A stretch of 63,423 nucleotides of DNA, the filler included, from Octopus bimaculoides (lineage: Eukaryota), in the NCBI RefSeq assembly GCF_001194135.2. It is 6 parts of 6 records of this genome, joined end to end, with 100 filler letters (N's around TTAATTAATTAA, not from the genome) between each part and the next. Parts side by side here need not be neighbours in the genome. Positions count along the whole stretch, not along the records: positions 44,342 to 61,147 come from NC_069001.1; 5 more parts are not named here. One strand, 5' to 3'. The notes below the pieces were generated by a model, which ran no database searches, was not told the origin of the DNA, and was given only the letters and a program-made list of their open reading frames with translations. Shown here piece by piece: positions 47,880 through 61,247 of the stretch; positions within the stretch are counted from its first letter, which is position 1; every line of letters begins with the position of its first letter. The position numbers and the translations under genes are program-made.

Positions 47880-48610
47880 TTCATCTTTATTGTCTGCTTC
47901 ATAACATTTTATTTCTAAGCTTCCTTTGACAATTTCATTTTTTCAATTTCTAAAATATAATTAGAATTTCAAATTTTAATCTGCAGCTTTAATTTCCGAT
48001 ATNNNNNNNNNNNNNNNNNNNNNNNNNNNNNNNNNNNNNNNNNNNNNNNNNNNNNNNNNNNNNNNNNNNNNNNNNNNNNNNNNNNNNNNNNNNNNNNNNN
48101 NNNNNNNNNNNNNNNNNNNNNNNNNNNNNNNNNNNNNNNNNNNNNNNNNNNNNNNNNNNNNNNNNNNNNNNNNNNNNNNNNNNNNNNNNNNNNNNNNNNN
48201 NNNNNNNNNNNNNNNNNNNNNNNNNNNNNNNNNNNNNNNNNNNNNNNNNNNNNNNNNNNNNNNNNNNNNNNNNNNNNNNNNNNNNNNNNNNNNNNNNNNN
48301 NNNNNNNNNNNNNNNNNNNNNNNNNNNNNNNNNNNNNNNNNNNNNNNNNNNNNNNNNNNNNNNNNNNNNNNNNNNNNNNNNNNNNNNNNNNNNNNNNNNN
48401 NNNNNNNNNNNNNNNNNNNNNNNNNNNNNNNNNNNNNNNNNNNNNNNNNNNNNNNNNNNNNNNNNNNNNNNNNNNNNNNNNNNNNNNNNNNNNNNNNNNN
48501 NNNNNNNNNNNNNNNNNNNNNNNNNNNNNNNNNNNNNNNNNNNNNNNNNNNNNNNNNNNNNNNNNNNNNNNNNNNNNNNNNNNNNNNNNNNNNNNNNNNN
48601 NNNNNNNNNC

Positions 48611-49265
48611 AGGTGGTTTCTTTTCCTGTTTTCCCGTAACTGATCTTGACTTTCGAAAAGCACTCTGGCTTCCAGTCTGCACGGTTTCTCGCAAGATTCT
48701 CAAAGTTTCCATTCCTTATCCACAGGCGCTTTATATCATTTAACATGTCCACATACCGTAGAAGTGGCCGGTCTACATTACATCGTGAATTTACAAGCTG
48801 ACCATAAAAGATTTGCTTTGGCATTCTACCACTATTCATGCATAGGATGAGTCACAGCGTCGCATCTGAGACTTGGCCGAGAAAGCCTCTATACCGGAAA
48901 GCCTCTATACCGGATATTCCACACATTTCCAGGATATTGTATACTCTTCACCTTATCATTCCACTCAACCCTGCATATTTGCTTGAGACATCTCATATGA
49001 AAGTTGTTCAGTTAATTGATGTACCTACGATAAGGTGTCCAGATCTCTGCTCCCTATAAAAGAGCTGTTGGGACAATTGACTTGTACCCGACAATTTTTG
49101 TTCTTACTGAGACATCACGAGCATTCTAAATCCATCATAAAATTCATCAAACACTGTAGTAGCCTTTCCAATACGAGTTTCGACCTTCCTATCAAGTTTA
49201 GCATTGCTTGTTATTGTAGAACTCAGATATGTGAAAGCATCAACGCTTTCCAGAGCTGGTCTTAT
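48611..49265 (-). mobile_element. RTE LINE 3' coding remnant
   Basis: LESVDAFTYLSSTITSNAKLDRKVETRIGKA...RMPKQIFYGQLVN..RPLLRYVDML...ARNRADWK. Confidence 0.85.
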
Positions 49266-49384
49266 AATTTTTTTGATATATTTTATACAAAGCTGGAAGG
49301 AAGGCTCTTCACATTTATTTTAGGCCGCTCAAATGATTCTGTCAGCTCGTCGCCGAAATGGTGTTAAGTAGCAATGGACATTTT

Positions 49385-49585
49385 GTGGCGAGCTGGCTGA
49401 ATCGTTCGCATGGAGGGCAAAATGCTTAGCGGCGTTTCGTCTGTCTTTAGGTTCTGAGTTCACATTCCGGTGAGTTTGACTTCACTTTTTATCCTTTCGG
49501 GGTCGATAAAATAAGTACCAGTTAAGTCATTTCGGAGGACTTACCCCCTCCGCCGAAATTGCTGGCCTTTTGCTAAAATTTGAAA
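49385..49585 (+). mobile_element. SINE family 1
   Basis: GGCGAGCTGGCTGAATCGTT...TTCTGAGTTCACATTCC...TCCTTTCGGGGTCGATAAAATAAGTACCAG. Confidence 0.85.
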
Positions 49586-49919
49586 TAGATATTTAAATAA
49601 GCANNNNNNNNNNNNNNNNNNNNNNNNNNNNNNNNNNNNNNNNNNNNNNNNNNNNNNNNNNNNNNNNNNNNNNNNNNNNNNNNNNNNNNNNNNNNNNNNN
49701 NNNNNNNNNNNNNNNNNNNNNNNNNNNNNNNNNNNNNNNNNNNNNNNNNNNNNNNNNNNNNNNNNNNNNNNNNNNNNNNNNNNNNNNNNNNCGGTCTCCC
49801 CTAAAATTTTTCAACCTAAAAGGGATGGGAAGCAGCGGGATCAGTTGGATGTTTGAATGGTAGGTGCAGCTAGCTCAGTAAGGCGCCAGTTCCCACATTC
49901 CACTCGCAGAAGTAGAGAG

Positions 49920-50345
49920 ATTGGTAAAAGCAGCCAACGCGTTATTTTCAGTTCAGTTTTTGTGCCTGTCCTCACCTATGGTGATGAATGTTGGGTAATG
50001 ATCGAAAGAATCATTTGATCACGAATACAAGGGGCTGAAATGAGGTTCTTTTGAAGGATTTTTAGAGTAATCTTAGTTGATAGAAGATTAGGGATTCGCT
50101 CCAAGTCGAGCCGTTACTTCTCCGCATTGAGAGGTCACACCTCTGGTACCACAGAAATGTGGATAGATTCTTCAAGGTGAGCCAACCAGCAGGAAACCAA
50201 GAACGGAATGGTTGGATAATATCCATTGTCTTAATTGGTCAAGTCTGAGAATCTGGCCAGAAAGTGTAATGATGATTGCTTCTGATAGGGCTCAATGGAG
50301 GAGGTGGTTTAGGACTCTAGCCCCAAGACCCATCGTGGAATAGGG
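49920..50345 (+). mobile_element. RTE LINE C-terminal remnant
   Basis: FSSVFVPVLTYGDECWVM...IQGAEMRF...RI.RV.L.DR. Confidence 0.75.
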
Positions 50346-52115
50346 GACAGAGAAGATGGAAAAAGGGATAAAACAAATGTATTAATTCCATTTCAACTTA
50401 TATCATTGTCGCTGCTCGGGAGTAAATAAGATAAAGTAACGTTGGATTGGTTCGAGATAATTCTTCTAAGATATTAAAGAAAGATCACGCTCTCTGTCAG
50501 ACTTAATATAACTATTCTACGTAAATACATACATACGTTTATATATATATATATACATATATATATGTGTGTGTGTGTGTGTGTGTATGAATTTGTTGTC
50601 AACAACATATTTTTGGAGTAAATATTGCTGTTTTTGTTATCATTTCGTTATTAATAATGGTTATACGGTTGTTATTTTAAATCACAATCATATATATTGA
50701 CATCATAATTTATAATTAATATAACTGCGATTTTTTTTCAATGATTATTTCAATTAAATGTATCTACCATACATACATATACTTGCATGTATATTTATAA
50801 ATGGATAAATGTGTGTATATATATATATATATATATATNNNNNNNNNNNNNNNNNNNNNNNNNNNNNNNNNNNNNNNNNNNNNNNNNNNNNNNNNNNNNN
50901 NNNNNNNNNNNNNNNNNNNNNNNNNNNNNNNNNNNNNNNNNNNNNNNNNNNNNNNNNNNNNNNNNNNNNNNNNNNNNNNNNNNNNNNNNNNNNNNNNNNN
51001 NNNNNNNNNNNNNNNNNNNNNNNNNNNNNNNNNNNNNNNNNNNNNNNNNNNNNNNNNNNNNNNNNNNNNNNNNNNNNNNNNNNNNNNNNNNNNNNNNNNN
51101 NNNNNNNNNNNNNNNNNNNNNNNNNNNNNNNNNNNNNNNNNNNNNNNNNNNNNNNNNNNNNNNNNNNNNNNNNNNNNNNNNNNNNNNNNNNNNNNNNNNN
51201 NNNNNNNNNNNNNNNNNNNNNNNNNNNNNNNNNNNNNNNNNNNNNNNNNNNNNNNNNNNNNNNNNNNNNNNNNNNNNNNNNNNNNNNNNNNNNNNNNNNN
51301 NNNNNNNNNNNNNNNNNNNNNNNNNNNNNNNNNNNNNNNNNNNNNNNNNNNNNNNNNNNNNNNNNNNNNNNNNNNNNNNNNNNNNNNNNNNNNNNNNNNN
51401 NNNNNNNNNNNNNNNNNNNNNNNNNNNNNNNNNNNNNNNNNNNNNNNNNNNNNNNNNNNNNNNNNNNNNNNNNNNNNNNNNNNNNNNNNNNNNNNNNNNN
51501 NNNNNNNNNNNNNNNNNNNNNNNNNNNNNNNNNNNNNNNNNNNNNNNNNNNNNNNNNNNNNNNNNNNNNNNNNNNNNNNNNNNNNNNNNNNNNNNNNNNN
51601 NNNNNNNNNNNNNNNNNNNNNNNNNNNNNNNNNNNNNNNNNNNNNNNNNNNNNNNNNNNNNNNNNNNNNNNNNNNNNNNNNNNNNNNNNNNNNNNNNNNN
51701 NNNNNNNNNNNNNNNNNNNNNNNNNNNNNNNNNNNNNNNNNNNNNNNNNNNNNNNNNNATACACCAGGGATTGGAGCAGCAGCAGCCGCAGTGATAGTAA
51801 TAGTAGTGGTGGTGGTGGTGGTGGTGGTGGTGGTAGTACTTGAAAAGTACGGGTGGTCGTTGTAGTAGTAGTAGTAGTAGTAGTAGTGTTGATAGTAATA
51901 ATTGCAGCAGCAACAGTAGCAGCAGTAGGAGTAGGGGCAACAACAGCAGTAGCAGCAGTAGTAGTAGTAGTAGTTACTGTTGTCGGCGTTCTGGAGGTTG
52001 ACCGCTAAGTCATCGCGAGCAGACCTTTGACAAAAGGCTTGCCATATGTGGCCATGTTTCTTTTTTTCATCTTGGCATAGTCTACCTAGGATCACACTAT
52101 CTAATGTTACTCTCC

Positions 52116-52149
<34 letters not shown>

Positions 52150-52395
52150 GCTCCACGTCGGTTCTATGTATGATTAAAGAAGTTCCAGCCGTGACAGTCT
52201 AGTCTTTTGTTGAGGCACAGTGTATATAGGACTACGTTATCTAATGTGACGTCCAGTACTTTTAGGTCAGCCAAGCCTATCGTCTAATAACACCGTTTTT
52301 AGATCAAGCGGGTGTGATTAGAGGGAGGTTTGACTGTTCTTACTAGGGGGATTCGTTGACCGTTTGAAGACTTCCTGGAAAAAGTGTGTTTGATT

Positions 52396-52560
52396 GTGAG
52401 AGAGGAGAGAGAGAAGGAGAGAGAGGGAGAGAGAGAGAAGGAGAGAGAAGGAGAGAGAGAAGGAGAAAAGGAGAGAGAAAGAGAGACAGAGAAGGAGAGA
52501 GAGAGGGGGAGAAAGAGAGAAGGAGAGAGAGAGAGGGGAGAAAGAGAGAAGGAGAGAGAG
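52396..52560. repeat. Near-pure purine (GA/GGA/GAA) tract
   Basis: About 165 bp almost entirely A and G. Confidence 0.9.
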
Positions 52561-54062
52561 AACACGCACTGACACCCATAAAGCATTAAAACATATGCAC
52601 AAATAAATGACGAACACAAACATATATATATACACACACATATATATACACATACAAATATATATACAGATATACACACCTGCATATCCACACACATATG
52701 CAAATACACACACACACATCTATACACACGTCCTCACACATACAGTTCGATAGTTCGATACAGCAGCACCTACCAGGAAGTTATACTCACACATTCTCAC
52801 ACTCAGCTAATACCACACATGAATACAACACGCGCATACAGGCACATTTATAGAAAGGCACAAAATAGTGATGGTGGTGGTGGTGGTGATGGTGGTGGTG
52901 GTGGAGGNNNNNNNNNNNNNNNNNNNNNNNNNNNNNNNNNNNNNNNNNNNNNNNNNNNNNNNNNNNNNNNNNNNNNNNNNNNNNNNNNNNNNNNNNNNNN
53001 NNNNNNNNNNNNNNNNNNNNNNNNNNNNNNNNNNNNNNNNNNNNNNNNNNNNNNNNNNNNNNNNNNNNNNNNNNNNNNNNNNNNNNNNNNNNNNNNNNNN
53101 NNNNNNNNNNNNNNNNNNNNNNNNNNNNNNNNNNNNNNNNNNNNNNNNNNNNNNNNNNNNNNNNNNNNNNNNNNNNNNNNNNNNNNNNNNNNNNNNNNNN
53201 NNNNNNNNNNNNNNNNNNNNNNNNNNNNNNNNNNNNNNNNNNNNNNNNNNNNNNNNNNNNNNNNNNNNNNNNNNNNNNNNNNNNNNNNNNNNNNNNNNNN
53301 NNNNNNNNNNNNNNNNNNNNNNNNNNNNNNNNNNNNNNNNNNNNNNNNNNNNNNNNNNNNNNNNNNNNNNNNNNNNNNNNNNNNNNNNNNNNNNNNNNNN
53401 NNNNNNNNNNNNNNNNNNNNNNNNNNNNNNNNNNNNNNNNNNNNNNNNNNNNNNNNNNNNNNNNNNNNNNNNNNNNNNNNNNNNNNNNNNNNNNNNNNNN
53501 NNNNNNNNNNNNNNNNNNNNNNNNNNNNNNNNNNNNNNNNNNNNNNNNNNNNNNNNNNNNNNNNNNNNNNNNNNNNNNNNNNNNNNNNNNNNNNNNNNNN
53601 NNNNNNNNNNNNNNNNNNNNNNNNNNNNNNNNNNNNNNNNNNNNNNNNNNNNNNNNNNNNNNNNNNNNNNNNNNNNNNNNNNNNNNNNNNNNNNNNNNNN
53701 NNNNNNNNNNNNNNNNNNNNNNNNNNNNNNNNNNNNNNNNNNNNNNNNNNNNNNNNNNNNNNNNNNNNNNNNNNNNNNNNNNNNNNNNNNNNNNNNNNNN
53801 NNNNNNNNNNNNNNNNNNNNNNNNNNNNNNNNNNNNNNNNNNNNNNNNNNNNNNNNNNNNCTAACGATTATGGATTAAGTATTTCTTATTCATTCTCAGA
53901 CTTATTTTTGAGTGTTTTATTCTTAGCTGCCGGACATAGCTTCATTTTGAACTTGTCCCCCCCTCCGCCCAGCCCTGGAATAATATACGTACATACATAT
54001 ATACATATATGTATATACGTATACATATACATACATATATAGGTATATGTACACACACACAC

Positions 54063-54099
<37 letters not shown>

Positions 54100-54604
54100 G
54101 TATACCTATATGTATGTATATATGTAATATAGTAAGATCATTCGAGTGATCGTTGTAGAAGCAGTTGGTTAGTCTCTAGCATAAATACGGCTTGTACAAA
54201 GAATACAAATCGCTCGATAATTTGATCAATAAGGTTTATTTATCACAAAGCATCATAAACACTTCGTCCCGTTTCGAGATTAGACAGAAAATTCCGATAA
54301 GATGACATGTGCTATGCAACTCCATCTCGAAAGCGACAAATGTTATATGCATATATATATTTATATATATATATATATATATTTGTGAGTGTGTGTGTAT
54401 CGGTTTTTGCAAAAAGTACTTGATCCTGTCACAACATTCGTAGAGAAATGCTCTCAAAGTAAAAGTTCCTAACCATTGATAACAGTCTTAGAAAGCCAGA
54501 ACGAGACGAACCTTTCGGAAGAAAGTTAGCGTATTGTTCGGAAGCGCTTTCATGAAGTTTTCAAAGCATACATGTTAAGGGCCTATCTGTTTATATATAT
54601 ATAC

Positions 54605-55131
54605 AGAGTCACTTAACACAACGAATCAATATTTGTGATATGCATCTCAAACGCAATGAAATCAACCTTTTCTGAAATGAATCCTCACTCGTGATGAAAA
54701 ATGGATTGTCTACATTAACATCAATTGAAAAGGATCATGGTCCAAACGTAATGATCCAGCACAAACCACATCAAAAGCTGAATTGCATCAAAATAGGTCA
54801 GGCTATCAATTTGGTGGAATTACGAAGGTGCTGTGTATTTTGAGCTGCTTCCAAGGAACCAAACGATCAATTCAGATGTTTACTATCAACAACTAATGAA
54901 ACTGGAGGAAGCAATCAAAGAAAAACGGCCAGAATTGGCAAATCGTAAAGGAACCGCGTTCCACCGTGACAACACTAGACCACACACATCTTTGCTAACT
55001 CGTGAAAAATTATTGGCGCTTGGTTGGGAAGTGATGTCAGATCCACCATATAACCCTGACCTTGCACCATCAGATTACCATTTTATGTCGAAGTTTGCAA
55101 AATTCTTTGAATGGTAAAACTTTCAATAATG
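54605..55131 (+). mobile_element. Mariner (DD34D) transposase fragment
   Basis: DEKWIVY, YFELLPRNQTINSDVYYQQL, FHRDNTRPHTS, WEVMSDPPYNPDLAPSDYH (YSPDLAP motif). Confidence 0.92.
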
Positions 55132-55721
55132 NNNNNNNNNNNNNNNNNNNNNNNNNNNNNNNNNNNNNNNNNNNNNNNNNNNNNNNNNNNNNNNNNNNNN
55201 NNNNNNNNNNNNNNNNNNNNNNNNNNNNNNNNNNNNNNNNNNNNNNNNNNNNNNNNNNNNNNNNNNNNNNNNNNNNNNNNNNNNNNNNNNNNNNNNNNNN
55301 NNNNNNNNNNNNNNNNNNNNNNNNNNNNNNNNNNNNNNNNNNNNNNNNNNNNNNNNNNNNNNNNNNNNNNNNNNNNNNNNNNNNNNNNNNNNNNNNNNNN
55401 NNNNNNNNNNNNNNNNNNNNNNNNNNNNNNNNNNNNNNNNNNNNNNNNNNNNNNNNNNNNNNNNNNNNNNNNNNNNNNNNNNNNNNNNNNNNNNNNNNNN
55501 NNNNNNNNNNNNNNNNNNNNNNNNNNNNNNNNNNNNNNNNNNNNNNNNNNNNNNNNNNNNNNNNNNNNNNNNNNNNNNNNNNNNNNNNNNNNNNNNNNNN
55601 NNNNNNNNNNNNNNNNNNNNNNNNNNNNNNNNNNNNATATATACACATATATATACTTATACATTCATATATATACATATACATTCATGTATTTGTATGT
55701 ACATATATGAATGGATAAATG

Positions 55722-55770
<49 letters not shown>

Positions 55771-56371
55771 ACACGTATATATATGTATATGTGAATATGT
55801 GTGTGTGTATGTGGCTGTATCTCTATGTGGTAAACAAAGCACATTGTTTATGAAAAAGTTTTCCTTCAAGTAAATTACTTTGTAACGTTAATACAACGTT
55901 AATTCGCTTAGTCTTTTCCTCGGGCGACAGCATCGGATATTTCGGCATGTGTATGCACGTGTGTGTGCAAGCGTGTGTTCATGTGTGTGTGTGTATCAGT
56001 GTGCGCGCGTCATATACATATGTATGTGTAGTTGTATACGCGCACACACACACGCACATACACACACACGCACACATACATGTATGTATATATACATATA
56101 ATATTTATTCAAATAAATATCTGCATATTGAGGGAGAAAAAAAGGAACGTGAGAAAAAGATTTACATGCTACACATACATATACACACGTATATATATTC
56201 TTTTATTCTTTATCTCGTTTATTTGCTTCACTCATTTGAATGCGGCCCTGCTGAAGCACCGCCTTTAGACGAGCAAATCGACCTCAGGACTTATTCTATC
56301 GGTCTCTTTTGCCGAACCGCAAATATCTGTGTGCGTGTATATGTGTGTGTGTGTGTGTGTGCCTACGTGCG

Positions 56372-56430
<59 letters not shown>

Positions 56431-56607
56431 TCACACCTGTGGTTAAGTGTATTAAGTGAATGCGTGAAAATACGCGTACCGTGCGTTTGTGTTTGCCGAT
56501 GCATGAATGTGCGCATTGTATGTATATACCTATACATATTTATATACATATGTAAATGTGGACGTATATATATGCTTATATGTAAGCATGTTCCATCTAT
56601 CTATCTA

Positions 56608-56644
<37 letters not shown>

Positions 56645-57206
56645 TTATCTGTCTGCATGTACGGATCTGTTCGTGTGGTTACACGTGTATGTGTGCCTGA
56701 GATAATTCTCTGAAAGTCATCTGCACCGAATTTATCGAAAACAATAATCGCCATTTTGTTTCTCTCCAAACTCTAAAATATAAAACTATATAAAATATAT
56801 AAACACATGAAATATAAAATTTTCGGTAGAAAAATGTATTTCACTTGATTGTCAAATTACAGTTTCTGATGATTCCTGGTTTCTTGTGGTTGGTACAAAT
56901 TACTGGGGCTTCTTGGATTGGAAGAGAATTGGTGAAGAATATAATGCCATGAGATTAGACGGCAAGGAAATTTCTGGAAGATTTTCTAAATAGATCATTG
57001 AGTGGGTAGAATGAAGTGTACACACACACACACACACATACACACATGTATGTATACTTGCAGTGATGTGTGTGTGTGATAGATGTGTGGTTGTATTGTG
57101 TGTGTGGGTGTATGAGTGTATAGGTATACGTGTATGTGTGTATGTATGTACGTGCGTATGTATGTGTGTGTATATGTATGTATGTGTACTTATACGTATA
57201 TGTATG

Positions 57207-57253
<47 letters not shown>

Positions 57254-57690
57254 NNNNNNNNNNNNNNNNNNNNNNNNNNNNNNNNNNNNNNNNNNNNNNN
57301 NNNNNNNNNNNNNNNNNNNNNNNNNNNNNNNNNNNNNNNNNNNNNNNNNNNNNNNNNNNNNNNNNNNNNNNNNNNNNNNNNNNNNNNNNNNNNNNNNNNN
57401 NNNNTGCCCATTACACAAAGTATGTATCAGTATATATATATGCATGCATGTGTGTATATATGTATGTGTGTATGTATGTCTATGTACGTGTGTCTGTGTG
57501 CATGTCTTTGTGTTCATGCTTTTTGAGTGTTTCTGCCTGTGTGTATGTTTACACATCTATGTGTTTCTGTATGTATATGTATGGTCGTATTATTGTGAAT
57601 ACGTATATATATATATATATGCATGCCGATAAATATGTGTATTGTGTATATATGTTTTTTTTATATGTGTATGTATTATATATGTATGTT

Positions 57691-58470
57691 GAAGGCGGCG
57701 AGTCGGCAGAAACGTTAGCGCGTCGGGCGAAAGGCTTAGCAGTATTTCGTCTGTCTTTACGTTTTGAGTTCAAATTCTGCCGAGGTCGACTTTGCCTTTC
57801 GGGGTTGATAAATTAAGTACCAGTTGCGTACTGGGGTCGATCTAATCGATTGGCTCCCTCTCCCCCTTAAAATTTCGGGTCTCGTGCCTAGAGCAGAAAA
57901 GATTATATATATATGTTTGCAGCTGATGTCAGGATTATGCGGGTTTTTTTAATGTACATTGAACGGGTTTCCTCGAGAGACTAATCGAATACCTTAAATG
58001 GTTTCTACTATTAATTATTATGCCAAGGCGTGAGATTGCAGAACCCGAAGAGCGTCGGACAAAGTGCTTAGCAGCATTTCTTCCGGCTCATTACAGTCTG
58101 ATTCCAAATTCCGCCGATGTCAACTTTGCATTTCAACCTTTTGGGGGCCGATGAAATAAGTACGAGTCAGTCATGCACTTGGGTCGATATAATTGGCATG
58201 CACTCCCTTAGAATTGCTGGCCTCGTGCCAAAATTCGAAACCATTATTACTTTTACTGCAAAGGCGGTGGGCTGGCGGAACCGTTAGACGGTGGGACGAA
58301 ATTCATCGCAGCATTTTGTCTGTTTTTCTGTTCTGGGTAGAAATTTCGCTGTGGTCAACTTTGTCGTTCATCGTTTTAGGTTCGATAAAGTAAGTACCAG
58401 TCTAATACTGGGGTCGGTGTAGTTGACTACTCACCCTGAAAAATGCTAGCCTTGTGACAACATTACAAAG
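57691..58470 (+). mobile_element. Three same-orientation SINE family 1 copies
   Basis: Copies at ~57691-57903, ~58020-58230 and ~58258-58470. Confidence 0.85.
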
Positions 58471-58559
58471 AACAATTGCTTATCCCACCAATGCATTGTG
58501 GGATATTGTCGCACTGTCGGACGTCAGCTCTGATTGATGAGTTTTTAAAACTTTAGAGT

Positions 58560-59230
58560 AACGTTTGATGGTTACCCTATCTTTGTTTACAGCATTTTTG
58601 AATGAAATACTTTCATCGATACCCAAGTATTTGTAACACTCATTGAGTGGAACAGGGAAGATAGAAAGAGGCCATTGATGTAAAGATTTTAGCGTTTAGG
58701 AAATAATTTTTTCCGCGTTCAGCTGTCAAATATGAATACATCTTTTGGCCGAATTCCATATCTATATCAAGGGGAAATATTACTAAATTCAGCAATTTTT
58801 CAAAATTGTAAATATTTCGAACATAGATATTTAGACCTATATGCATCTTCAAAGGAATTATGGGTTATCTTAGAGTTTCCTGTTATTGCAGACTTACCCT
58901 CACATTTTCATAAAAGGAGTGGCCGTGAATTTAGGGCACAAAAGCAGAGACAGAGTGTCTCATAGGAAAATTCCCTTGAAATATGCATAACATCGAAGAG
59001 AATTGCTTTACTTTCTGCAACAAGCGTGGGAACTGGAGCCCAGGTCTTTGAGAGCTTTTCAATGGAAACAAGGCAGAAGATATCGTGTTGGTAACAACTG
59101 GTACTGCAAATGCATTATGGGATATGATCTTATTGAATGCAGCAGCTTCGACTTTCTTGGAGTATTGTTTGAAAGAGGAACAACGTTTGCTACGTTCTCG
59201 TCAATTCCAAGATGTTTGTAGCATTCATAT
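58560..59230 (-). mobile_element. Two decayed R4/Dong RT-thumb fragments
   Basis: KLLNLV..LDIDMEFG..; ECYKYLGIDE (~58640); ECYKHLGIDE (~59220); NKIISHNAFAVPV. Confidence 0.7.
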
Positions 59231-59239
59231 ATGTGTGTA

Positions 59240-59438
59240 TGAACATTTGTGGATCCTAAAATGTCTCTTGAGGCCTCCGTTTAGATTTGCATTGAAAGGT
59301 GTGCACAGGCATGTAGGCAGAATAGATGGTGGAGGTTCGTTTTCCATGGGCTCCAAATGAGATTTGAGCCCAGCAAAAGAAAGGCATGGTCTGTCACAAA
59401 CTGTGCACACAAAAAGGTCAATGTGATTCACCTCGATC

Positions 59439-59450
<12 letters not shown>
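59240..59450 (-). pseudogene. C2H2-like zinc-finger remnant, probably LINE-derived
   Basis: FVCTVCDRPCLSFAGLKSHL and GGLKRHFRIH. No TGEKP linker. Confidence 0.5.
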
Positions 59451-59474
<24 letters not shown>

Positions 59475-59997
59475 NNNNNNNNNNNNNNNNNNNNNNNNNN
59501 NNNNNNNNNNNNNNNNNNNNNNNNNNNNNNNNNNNNNNNNNNNNNNNNNNNNNNNNNNNNNNNNNNNNNNNNNNNNNNNNNNNNNNNNNNNNNNNNNNNN
59601 NNNNNNNNNNNNNNNNNNNNNNNNNNNNNNNNNNNNNNNNNNNNNNNNNNNNNNNNNNNNNNNNNNNNNNNNNNNNNNNNNNNNNNNNNNNNNNNNNNNN
59701 NNNNNNNNNNNNNNNNNNNNNNNNNNNNNNNNNNNNNNNNNNNNNNNNNNNNNNNNNNNNNNNNNNNNNNNNNNNNNNNNNNNNNNNNNNNNNNNNNNNN
59801 NNNNNNNNNNNNNNNNNNNNNNNNNNNNNNNNNNNNNNNNNNNNNNNNNNNNNNNNNNNNNNNNNNNNNNNNNNNNNNNNNNNNNNNNNNNNNNNNNNNN
59901 NNNNNNNNNNNNNNNNNNNNNNNNNNNNNNNNNNNNNNNNNNNNNNNNNNNNNNNNNNNNNNNNNNNNNNNNNNNAACAAGCATAACGACTATGACT

Positions 59998-60032
<35 letters not shown>

Positions 60033-60114
60033 AACAACAGGAAGTAATTGGCGCGCTTGGAAGTTAGCAGCACTCAGCCAGCAACATGGCTGAAAAGCAT
60101 TGGTACAAATATAA

Positions 60115-60230
60115 GGAAAGAACACCTACAACAATTGGATCGGCTTGGGGCTACAAGAATTCTTCGCAGGGTTCTTGAAGCTTGATCAGTAAACAAGGGT
60201 CACAGGCTGTGGACAGCTGACACTTTCCAT
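60115..60230 (+). mobile_element. R4/Dong extreme 3' remnant
   Basis: LGATRILRRVLEA* followed by a short UTR. Confidence 0.5.
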
Positions 60231-60284
60231 CAAATCCAGCAAAATAAGCTGTGACTTTTCATCACGTAATGATTTCAAATTTTG

Positions 60285-60480
60285 GTACAAAGCCAGTAAT
60301 TTCAGGGTAGTGGGGCCAAGTCAATTACATCGACCCCCTCCCAAATATTCAACTGGTAATTATTTTATCGATTCCGAAATGATGAAAGGTAAAGTCGACC
60401 TCGGCGGGATTTGAACTCAGAACGTAGCGACGGGTGAAATGCCGCTAAGCATTTTGTTCGGTGAACGATTCTGCCAGTTC
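60285..60480 (-). mobile_element. SINE family 1
   Basis: AAAGTCGACCTCGGCGGGATTTGAACTCAGAACGTAGCGACGGGTGAAAT.CCGCTAAGCATTT. Confidence 0.85.
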
Positions 60481-61102
60481 ACTGACTTCAAAATAATAAT
60501 AATAAGAAGAAGAATAGTAATAACAACAACAACAAAAGCAACAACTACAATGATGATGATGGTGATGATGATGATGGTGACTTCATTGTACACAGTGCTC
60601 AAGTGCACCACAGTTCGAATCTATGAATGCGTATATGTGTGCATGTGCGTGTGTATATACTTGTGGATGCATGTACGTGTGAGTATATGCATGTATGCCT
60701 TTATGCCTGTCGATGCATGTTTTGTACACGAAATCATGGGTGTGTATGTACGCATGTGCATGCAGGTGTAAGCGTGCGTGCGCATGCGTGTGTATGCATG
60801 TGCGCAGTGTGTTGTTGGCACCTGTATACAGGTAGTTTCAGGCTTCGGTATTTGGTTACCGGAACCCAGACTCACCTCAGAGGTTGCCAAACGTGTTGCC
60901 AATATTGGAAGCTAACAGCTTCGAAGAACACAAGACTTAGATTCCAATGTTACGTAATGTTACGTACACGCAAGCACACTATTATATATACATACATATA
61001 TATATATATATATATACATATATATTTAATGCATAGTCATTCATGTCTAATGTACATGTATCTATTTGTATCTACATACATGTATGTGCGCATGTATGTA
61101 TG

Positions 61103-61147
<45 letters not shown>

Positions 61148-61247
61148 NNNNNNNNNNNNNNNNNNNNNNNNNNNNNNNNNNNNNNNNNNNNTTAATTAAT
61201 TAANNNNNNNNNNNNNNNNNNNNNNNNNNNNNNNNNNNNNNNNNNNN
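61148..61247. other. Artificial contig spacer N44-TTAATTAATTAA-N44
   Basis: 12-mer at 61192-61203. Confidence 0.95.

Noticed and set aside
17458-60125. Long ORFs of 200-440 aa consisting mostly of X
   Set aside because: They are artefacts of N gaps.
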